Shown: positions 34,880 through 41,233 of the stretch, one piece after another
How positions within the stretch are numbered: the stretch's first letter is position 1
How the letters are laid out: the number at the start of each line of letters is the position of its first letter
Origin: an uncultured Woeseiaceae bacterium
GTDB lineage: Bacteria; Pseudomonadota; Gammaproteobacteria; Steroidobacterales; Woeseiaceae
Assembly: GCA_964456535.1 (NCBI GenBank)
Contig: CAYWBZ010000001.1
Span: 14,522 to 55,754, forward strand
Reading direction: 5' to 3'
Length of the DNA: 41,233 nucleotides
Notes under the pieces: model-generated
Databases searched by the model: none
What the model saw: only the letters and a program-made list of their open reading frames with translations
What the model was told of the DNA's origin: nothing
Made by a program: the position numbers and the translations under genes

Positions 34880-36070
34880 TTATTCGTTTTGCAGCGTGGC
34901 AGCGATCGAGTCAGCAAGGTAGTTAACGTTATCAGGTGTAATGCCCGCAACGTTGATGCGGCCGGAGTCCACCATATAAACGCCGAAGTCTTTCTTTAGC
35001 TTTGTAACCTGCTCTGCTGTAATGCCGAGAAAACAGAACATGCCTTTAGCGCGCACGAGATGGGAGAAGTCGTGATCCGGCACTTTCTCTGCCAGCGCAT
35101 CATGCAGCAGCACACGCATTGCGCGAATCCGCTCGCGCATTACTGCCAGCTCATCAATCCATGCACCACGTAATTCGTCATCATTCAGAATCAGGCTCAC
35201 AACAGCGGCACCGTGATCCGGCGGAACAGAGTAGATCGTACGCACAAGGTTATTGACCTGGCTGCTGACGATATCGCGAGCAGCGCTGTCGGCTGCGAGT
35301 AAGGACAGAATCCCCACCCTGTCGCGATAAAGGCCGAAGTTTTTCGAGCACGAACTTACGACGATCATCTCGGGAACCCGTTCGGCCATGAGCCGTATCG
35401 GATATGCGTCGTCGTCAATATTTTCCACAAACCCCTGGTAGGCCATATCGAGAAACGGGATCAGCTTGCATTCAACCAGGACGTCGGTGATCGCCTGCCA
35501 TTCTTCCACTGACGGGTCCAGGCCCGATGGATTGTGACAGCAGGCATGTAGCAGAACGATGTCGCCAGCGGGAACCGCACGCAGAGTCTCCAGCATCTCG
35601 TCGATCTTGATCACGTGATTTTCTGTGTCGTAGTAAGGGTACGACTTCAGGGTCACCCCGGCACCGGTCAATAGCGGCCAATGATTTGCCCAGGTCGGCT
35701 CACTGACCCAAACCGACGCTTGCGGCGAAGCTCGCAGGATCATTTCCGCAGCGACTCGCAGCGAACCGGAACCACCCGGTGTCTGAATCGTCGTTAATCG
35801 ATCATCAGGGCTGGCATCACCAAAAGTAAGCGCCTGCATTGCCGAATTGAAATCTGCGGCACCAGCGGTACCGATGTAGGTTTTGGTATTTTGAGTGTCC
35901 AACAATATCTGCTCGGCCCGCTTTACGACATCAAGCACGGGTGTTTCACCGGCTGCCGTCCGATAAACGCCGACGCCCAGATCAATCTTCTCCGCACGTG
36001 GGTCGTTCCTGTGTTCCGCGATCAAGCCGAGAATGGCGTCCGCGGATGCGGCCTGCAGTGATTCAAACAA
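34880..36070 (-). CDS. Aspartate/aromatic amino acid aminotransferase (AspC/TyrB class)
   Basis: SSCSKNFGLYRDRVG PLP-lysine motif. The TTG at 36070 gives MFESLQAASADAILGL, the canonical N-terminus, and 396 aa, with GGAGCGGAG upstream. The longer ORF to 36127 is rejected. Confidence 0.9.
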   Translation of the reverse strand: MFESLQAASADAILGLIAEHRNDPRAEKIDLGVGVYRTAAGETPVLDVVKRAEQILLDTQNTKTYIGTAGAADFNSAMQALTFGDASPDDRLTTIQTPGGSGSLRVAAEMILRASPQASVWVSEPTWANHWPLLTGAGVTLKSYPYYDTENHVIKIDEMLETLRAVPAGDIVLLHACCHNPSGLDPSVEEWQAITDVLVECKLIPFLDMAYQGFVENIDDDAYPIRLMAERVPEMIVVSSCSKNFGLYRDRVGILSLLAADSAARDIVSSQVNNLVRTIYSVPPDHGAAVVSLILNDDELRGAWIDELAVMRERIRAMRVLLHDALAEKVPDHDFSHLVRAKGMFCFLGITAEQVTKLKKDFGVYMVDSGRINVAGITPDNVNYLADSIAATLQNE

Positions 36071-36126
36071 GGGTTTTCTCCGCTCCAGATAGAGTTTGTG
36101 GTGCCTACAGCCGCGCATTGTACACA

Positions 36127-36153
36127 CAAAAACGCCGGCTCAAAGGCCGGCGC
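36127..36153 (-). terminator. Rho-independent terminator downstream of the HiPIP gene
   Basis: CGCCGGC-TCAAAG-GCCGGCG stem followed on the minus strand by TTTTTG. Confidence 0.75.
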
Positions 36154-36179
36154 TTCATGTTACGAGTGTTCTTTAAAGA

Positions 36180-36503
36180 TCAGGCTTTTGGTGCCCAAAC
36201 AGAACACCAGCCGGCGGCAGCAACGGCCTTGCCCGGGAAAATCTGGCAGGGACGCCATGCGTCGCCATCAGTGCCCTGAAGCAGTGCACAGTTAGCGCAG
36301 CTTTGGTCGGCAGCAGGATTGGTACGCGATGCAGGATCAACGGCAGAGGCATCATCGGTGTACTTCATAGCAGATGCCATCGGATCGTCTGCTGACAAGT
36401 GTGGCAAATCATCGGCGCGTGCTTCGCGGCCCGATTGTACGAGGTAACCAGCAGCCGTAACGGCTGACAGTTGAATAAATGTTCGGCGTGGGATTGTGCT
36501 CAA
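36180..36503 (-). CDS. High-potential iron-sulfur protein (HiPIP), Tat-exported
   Basis: Twin-arginine leader STIPRRTFIQLSAVTAAG. Four-Cys pattern CANC...C...GWCSVW. Confidence 0.9.
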   Translation of the reverse strand: MSTIPRRTFIQLSAVTAAGYLVQSGREARADDLPHLSADDPMASAMKYTDDASAVDPASRTNPAADQSCANCALLQGTDGDAWRPCQIFPGKAVAAAGWCSVWAPKA

Positions 36504-36619
36504 TGGAATCTCCTTAACGTTCTAGTCTTGCGGGTAGTTTAATGCATATCGGCGCGCATTCTAACCAAGTTTTCTGAACGCCAGCACAACAGGATATGCG
36601 CATGAAATTAATGGGATCT

Positions 36620-36634
36620 TGAGAACGATTCTCA
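36620..36634. promoter_or_regulatory. Perfect palindrome TGAGAA-CGA-TTCTCA (candidate regulator box)
   Basis: 6-3-6 inverted repeat in the divergent HiPIP/fdhD intergenic region. By eye it matches 12 of 15 positions of the Fur 7-1-7 consensus TGATAATGATTATCA. The half-sites also resemble Crp/Fnr-type TGAGA/TCTCA. Confidence 0.35.
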
Positions 36635-36698
36635 TTGCGGCCTGCAGCCCCCGCCACTGGGATATACTGCGTGGCCCGGACACCGATTAAAGGCCCAG

Positions 36699-37556
36699 AT
36701 GACCAGCAGCAGCCTCGCAATTACCGTCAGTAAAATCAGTGGTGATTCCGCAAAATTGCTCGATCGCGATCTTGTTGAAGATCGGGTCGCGGTGGAGGAG
36801 CCACTGGAAATTCGGCTGGGCTACGGGACACCTGAGGGCCACACAGCAAGCAGTATTTCCGTAACCATGCGTACGCCGGGCGACGATACCGAACTCGCAG
36901 TTGGTTTCCTGTTTTCGGAATCCATCATTCAAAGCGCCAGCGATGTATTGAACGTCGAACACTCCGGTCCACCGGCACCGGATACCGGCAGTCACAATAT
37001 TATTCGCATCGATCTTGCCGCCCACGTTGATGTCGATCTCGGTCGTTTGCAAAGAAATTTCTATACGACGTCAAGCTGTGGCGTCTGTGGCAAGTCTTCT
37101 CTGGACGCACTGCGCGTTATCGGCGCCGAGCCGATCAAAGGTGACAAGGGCCGATTCGCCAAAGATGTCCTGATCGCGATGCCGGACGCACTACGTGATC
37201 GGCAACGCGCATTTGAACAGACCGGAGGCCTGCATGCTGCGGCCGCGTTCAATTCACAAGGTGAAATCCTGGTGGTGCACGAAGACGTTGGCCGCCACAA
37301 TGCCCTCGACAAGGTGATCGGTAGCCTGTTAACACAAGGTTTGCTGCCGGCCAGTGATCTCGGCCTGCTTGTCTCCGGACGGGCCAGTTTTGAGTTAATG
37401 CAGAAAACACTGATTGCCGGTATTCCACTATTGGCAGCGGTCAGCGCACCGTCCAGTCTTGCAGTGCAACTGGCGAACGAATTCAACGTTTCGCTGGTTG
37501 GTTTTCTACGTGACGATACTTTTAATATTTATTCCGCCGGGGAACGCATTACCTGA
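36699..37556 (+). CDS. fdhD: Formate dehydrogenase accessory sulfurtransferase FdhD
   Basis: TSSCGVCGK active-site loop. GGLHAAA and GRHNALDK motifs. Confidence 0.9.
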   Translation: MTSSSLAITVSKISGDSAKLLDRDLVEDRVAVEEPLEIRLGYGTPEGHTASSISVTMRTPGDDTELAVGFLFSESIIQSASDVLNVEHSGPPAPDTGSHNIIRIDLAAHVDVDLGRLQRNFYTTSSCGVCGKSSLDALRVIGAEPIKGDKGRFAKDVLIAMPDALRDRQRAFEQTGGLHAAAAFNSQGEILVVHEDVGRHNALDKVIGSLLTQGLLPASDLGLLVSGRASFELMQKTLIAGIPLLAAVSAPSSLAVQLANEFNVSLVGFLRDDTFNIYSAGERIT

Positions 37557-38020
37557 TGGCTAGAATTGACGAACAAACGACGCGCGACATCGTCGCGCAA
37601 TTCGACCACAAAGCGGAAATGCTGGTGCAGATTCTGCAAGCCATTGTTTCGCGTTTTGGCTGGGTGCCACCGGAGACCATTCGTCAGCTTGCGGAAGAGC
37701 TGAATCTGTCGCGCGCGGACGTACACGGTGTCGTCGAGTACTACCACGATTTCCGAACCGAAGAGCCGGGCAAGCATATCGTCAAGATTTGTCAGGCCGA
37801 AGCCTGCCAGGCGATGGGTAGCCGCGAGCTAACTGAACACGCAAAGAACGCGCTGTCTGTCGGACTGCATGACACCAACAACGATGTCACCCTTGAACCT
37901 GTGTACTGCCTTGGCAACTGTGCCTGTTCGCCAGCGGTAATGATCGATGGCAAAACCCACGGCCGCGTCGATGAGTCTCGATTCGACGCCCTCCTCGACA
38001 CAATGCGGGGGAACGACTAG
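37556..38020 (+). CDS. fdsG: NAD-dependent formate dehydrogenase gamma subunit (NuoE-like 2Fe-2S)
   Basis: CQAEACQAMG...CLGNCACSPAV Cys pattern. ATGA-type coupling to both neighbours. Confidence 0.85.
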   Translation: MARIDEQTTRDIVAQFDHKAEMLVQILQAIVSRFGWVPPETIRQLAEELNLSRADVHGVVEYYHDFRTEEPGKHIVKICQAEACQAMGSRELTEHAKNALSVGLHDTNNDVTLEPVYCLGNCACSPAVMIDGKTHGRVDESRFDALLDTMRGND

Positions 38021-39567
38021 TGGCCAGGACGAAGATTTATGTACCACGAGAGACCGCCGCGGTCTCAGTCGGTGCCGATGAGGTTGCTTTGGCGATCGCA
38101 CGGGTCGCAAAGAAAACTTCAACCGATATCGAACTCATTCGCAATGGGTCCTGGGGCGCATCCTGGCTGGAGCCCCTGGTCGAGGTTGAGGTGGACGGCA
38201 CACGCATCGCTTACGGCAATGTCACCGTCGACGATGTCGCCAGTATGTTTGAATCCGGTCTGGTCACAGGTGGCGAACATGAACGTCGTCTCGGACCCAT
38301 CAACGAAATCCCTTATCTGATTAACCAGGATCGCTGGACGTTCTGGCGCTGCGGTCTCGTCAATCCATTATCGATTGAGGACTTTGAATTACACCAGGGT
38401 TTCAAAGCGCTCGAAAAAGCGTTTGCAGAAGGTGCGGAAGCTGTTCTGCAAGCCGTAGCGGACTCCGGGTTACGTGGCAGAGGCGGCGCCGGCTTTCCGA
38501 CGGGCATCAAGTGGCGCACCGTGGCTGATGCGCCGGGCGAGCAAAAGTACATCGCGTGCAATGCCGATGAAGGTGACAGTGGCACGTTCTCGGATCGCAT
38601 CCTCATGGAAGGCGACCCTCTCGGACTTATCGAGAGTATGGCGATTGCCGGCTTCGCCGTCGGTGCCAGCAAAGGCTATATCTACCTGCGCTCGGAATAT
38701 CCGCTCACACATTCAATCCTGTCCCGGGCGATAGAGACAGCCCGCGACGCAGGATGGCTTGGCGATAACATCAAGGACAGCGGCTTCGATTTCGATATCG
38801 AATTGCACCTCGGCGCTGGCTCTTACGTCTGCGGCGAAGAAACCGCGATGCTGGAAAGCCTGGAAGGCAAAAAGGGCCTCGTGAGATACAAACCCCCTCT
38901 GCCCGCACTGGAAGGACTATTCGGCAAGCCGACCGTCGTTAACAACGTCGTCACGCTGGCCTCGGTGGCGAACATCGTCAACCTGGGTGGCGAGCGCTAT
39001 GCCGGCATGGGCGTAAATCGCTCCAAAGGAACACTCGCGTTTCAGCTCGCAGGCAATATCAAGCGCGGTGGCCTCGTCGAGAAAGCATTCGGTGTCACCT
39101 TGCGTGAACTGATTGAGGATTGGGGCGGCGGCACCGCCAGCGGTCGGCCTGTCAAAGCCGTGCAGGTTGGTGGTCCTCTTGGCGCTTATGTTCCTGCAGA
39201 TCAACTCGACGCACCGATGGACTACGAAGCATTCATCGAAATGGGCGCGATGGTCGGACACGGTGGCATCGTCGTTTTCGATGACACAGCGGATATGGCC
39301 CAATTGGCGCGCTTCGCCATGGAATTCTGCGCGATCGAGTCCTGCGGCAAGTGCACGCCTTGCAGAATCGGCTCAACCCGGGGCGTTGAGGTCATCGACA
39401 AGATGATCGGCGGCGACCATAAAGACGAGAATTACGAACTGCTGGTCGATTTATGCGACACGATGGAAGACGCTTCCCTTTGCGCCATGGGCGGAATGAC
39501 CCCCTACCCGGTTAGAAGTGTTCTAAAATACTTCGCAGAAGACTTTGCGTCTTCAGAAGAGAAATAG
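38020..39567 (+). CDS. fdsB: NAD-dependent formate dehydrogenase beta subunit (NuoF-like, FMN/NAD/4Fe-4S)
   Basis: GLRGRGGAGFPTGIKW FMN site, NADEGDSGTF, ESCGKCTPCRIG cluster motif. Confidence 0.9.
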   Translation: MARTKIYVPRETAAVSVGADEVALAIARVAKKTSTDIELIRNGSWGASWLEPLVEVEVDGTRIAYGNVTVDDVASMFESGLVTGGEHERRLGPINEIPYLINQDRWTFWRCGLVNPLSIEDFELHQGFKALEKAFAEGAEAVLQAVADSGLRGRGGAGFPTGIKWRTVADAPGEQKYIACNADEGDSGTFSDRILMEGDPLGLIESMAIAGFAVGASKGYIYLRSEYPLTHSILSRAIETARDAGWLGDNIKDSGFDFDIELHLGAGSYVCGEETAMLESLEGKKGLVRYKPPLPALEGLFGKPTVVNNVVTLASVANIVNLGGERYAGMGVNRSKGTLAFQLAGNIKRGGLVEKAFGVTLRELIEDWGGGTASGRPVKAVQVGGPLGAYVPADQLDAPMDYEAFIEMGAMVGHGGIVVFDDTADMAQLARFAMEFCAIESCGKCTPCRIGSTRGVEVIDKMIGGDHKDENYELLVDLCDTMEDASLCAMGGMTPYPVRSVLKYFAEDFASSEEK

Positions 39568-39570
39568 CTT

Positions 39571-41233
39571 ATGAATAAGGTCCGCCAGGCCGATCTCGGT
39601 ACTCCAGCCGCCGCCAGCACTGAGACAGTGCAGGTGGAAATCGACGGCATGCCCGCAACGGTGAATGCCGGTTCAAGTATTTTGCGCGCGGCCCGTGAAA
39701 CGGGCGTCGACATTCCAAAACTCTGTGCAACAGACAGCCTCAAGCCGTTTGGCTCCTGCCGCATGTGCCTCGTTGAGGTGGAGGGCCGCAAAGGCTACCC
39801 GGCATCCTGCACAACGCCGGTCGAAGAAGGCATGAAGATTCGCACACAGACCAGCGAGCTTTCGAAGATCCGCCGCAACGTCATGGAACTCTATATTTCC
39901 GATCATCCGCTGGATTGCCTCACCTGCTCGGCGAACGGTGACTGCGAGCTACAAGACATGGCAGGTGCCGTCGGTCTGCGCGATGTGCGCTACGGTTTCG
40001 ATGGCGAGAATCACCTGGACGGTGGCATTGATTCCAGCAATCCCTACTTTCAGTTCGATGCCAGCAAATGCATCGTCTGCTCACGCTGCGTGCGTGCCTG
40101 CGACGAGGTTCAGGGTACGTTCGCTTTGACGATTCAGGGCCGCGGTTTTCAGTCCAAGGTTTCCGCCGGAGTCGACGAAGGTTTTCTCGATTCGGAATGC
40201 GTGTCGTGCGGCGCCTGTATACAGGCCTGCCCCACGGCAACTCTCATGGAAAAAAGCATCGTCGATCATGGCCAGCCCGATCACAGTGTCGTAACGACTT
40301 GCGCCTATTGCGGCGTCGGTTGCTCGTTCCAGGTCGAGATGAAGGGCGACCAGGTGGTTCGCATGACGCCGTACAAAGACGGTGAAGCGAACCACGGCCA
40401 CTCTTGCGTGAAAGGACGCTTTGCCTGGGGCTATGCGTCGCACCAAGATCGCGTCATGAACCCGATGATTCGCGACACCACAGACGAGCCATGGCGTGAA
40501 GTGAGCTGGGAAGAGGCTATTCAGTACACAGCGAAACGCTTCAAGGAAATTCAGGGCAAGTACGGTCGTAAGTCGATCGGCGGTATAACCTCCTCTCGCT
40601 GCACGAATGAAGAAGTTTACGTCGTGCAGAAGATGATTCGTACGGCATTCGAGAATAACAATGTCGATACCTGCGCTCGAGTTTGTCATTCGCCAACCGG
40701 CTATGGTCTGAAGACCACGCTGGGTACCTCCGCCGGAACACAACCGTTCGACAGTGTTATGGACACAGATGTGATGGTTGTCATCGGGTCAAACCCAACG
40801 GTCGCCCATCCGGTATTCGCATCGCAGATGAAGAGGCGTCTACGTGAAGGCGCGAAACTGATCGTTATTGACCCGCGTGAAATTGGCCTGGTACGTTCGG
40901 CACGTATCGAGGCTGAGCATCACATCGCCCTGTCACCCGGGACTAACGTGCCGGTAATTAATGCGCTGGCGTATGTCATTGTCAGTGAAGGGTTGATCGA
41001 CGAAGAGTACGTTCGTGAACGCTGCGACCTCGAGTCCTTCGAGGCCTGGAAGGCAATGATACTCAAACCGGAAAATTCGCCTGAGGAAGTGGCTATTGTT
41101 GCCGGTGTGGATGCCGAAACATTGCGTGCCGCAGCCCGCCTCTATGGCTCAGCCAGGAACGGCTCAATTTACTACGGCCTCGGCGTTACCGAACACAGCC
41201 AGGGTTCAACGATGGTCATGGGCATGGCCAATC
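39571..41233 (+). CDS. fdsA: Formate dehydrogenase alpha subunit (molybdopterin), 3'-truncated by the window end
   Basis: Open frame from the ATG at 39571 to the window end; it is absent from the ORF track because it has no stop. 2Fe-2S motif (CATDSLKPFGSCRMC), HPLDCLTCSANGDC, two 4Fe-4S ferredoxin motifs, TCAYCGVGCSF, and active-site CARVCHSPT. Confidence 0.9.
   Translation, partial: MNKVRQADLGTPAAASTETVQVEIDGMPATVNAGSSILRAARETGVDIPKLCATDSLKPFGSCRMCLVEVEGRKGYPASCTTPVEEGMKIRTQTSELSKIRRNVMELYISDHPLDCLTCSANGDCELQDMAGAVGLRDVRYGFDGENHLDGGIDSSNPYFQFDASKCIVCSRCVRACDEVQGTFALTIQGRGFQSKVSAGVDEGFLDSECVSCGACIQACPTATLMEKSIVDHGQPDHSVVTTCAYCGVGCSFQVEMKGDQVVRMTPYKDGEANHGHSCVKGRFAWGYASHQDRVMNPMIRDTTDEPWREVSWEEAIQYTAKRFKEIQGKYGRKSIGGITSSRCTNEEVYVVQKMIRTAFENNNVDTCARVCHSPTGYGLKTTLGTSAGTQPFDSVMDTDVMVVIGSNPTVAHPVFASQMKRRLREGAKLIVIDPREIGLVRSARIEAEHHIALSPGTNVPVINALAYVIVSEGLIDEEYVRERCDLESFEAWKAMILKPENSPEEVAIVAGVDAETLRAAARLYGSARNGSIYYGLGVTEHSQGSTMVMGMAN

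Noticed and set aside
36071-36127. N-terminal extensions of track ORFs. Examples: 36127 for the aminotransferase, 26165 for HxlR, 15334 for the membrane protein, 13353 for the ACC-deaminase-like gene, 11257 for the anti-sigma and 15347 for the small protein.
   Set aside because: Internal starts reproduce the family-typical N-termini, have better Shine-Dalgarno sequences, or avoid running through operator repeats or neighbouring genes. The remaining uncertainty is stated per feature.
39571-41233. Possible selenocysteine (in-frame TGA) in the formate dehydrogenase alpha subunit.
   Set aside because: The frame is open throughout the visible part, and the active-site position is encoded by TGT (Cys) at 40684-40686.

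Overview
Gene-dense chromosomal window that looks like a GC-rich, probably marine, gammaproteobacterium (taxon is inference from protein families and codon usage). I found no rRNA, tRNA, CRISPR array, integrase or transposase. About 43 credible CDSs are present, mostly on the minus strand.

Minus-strand blocks, in window order:
- 128-5448: small acidic lipoprotein, YqiA-like esterase, double DsbA/HCCA-isomerase-like protein, alkyltransferase-like (ATL) protein, and two tandem GTPase-DUF697 membrane proteins.
- 5497-13295: DUF885, DUF1501, DUF1800, LTXXQ/Spy-like periplasmic protein, anti-sigma candidate and ECF sigma. The block is headed by a diverged, orphan phage-tail-sheath homolog.
- 14442-20573: wHTH regulator plus membrane protein, L,D-transpeptidase, SAM methyltransferase, M48 peptidase, SohB and LipA.
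- 26739-33656: a complete MoxR-DUF58-DUF4381-VWA-VWA/TPR-BatD (Bat-type) operon.
- 34880-36503: an AspC/TyrB-type aminotransferase and a Tat-exported HiPIP.

Plus-strand genes: ACC-deaminase/D-Cys-desulfhydrase family enzyme, a small DUF1059-like protein, OmpA-family protein, GloA, a secreted hypothetical, a signal-peptide-bearing truncated hemoglobin (divergent from an HxlR regulator), a lipoprotein plus DUF192 pair, and fdhD-fdsG-fdsB-fdsA. The last is an NAD-type formate dehydrogenase whose alpha subunit is cut by the window end.

Best candidates for novel biology:
- The stand-alone sheath-like protein, linked on the same strand to the ECF sigma and exported DUF-protein cluster.
- The tandem GTPase-DUF697 pair.
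- The exported truncated globin abutting the Bat operon.

All family assignments come from motif recognition by eye. None has been confirmed by a database search.
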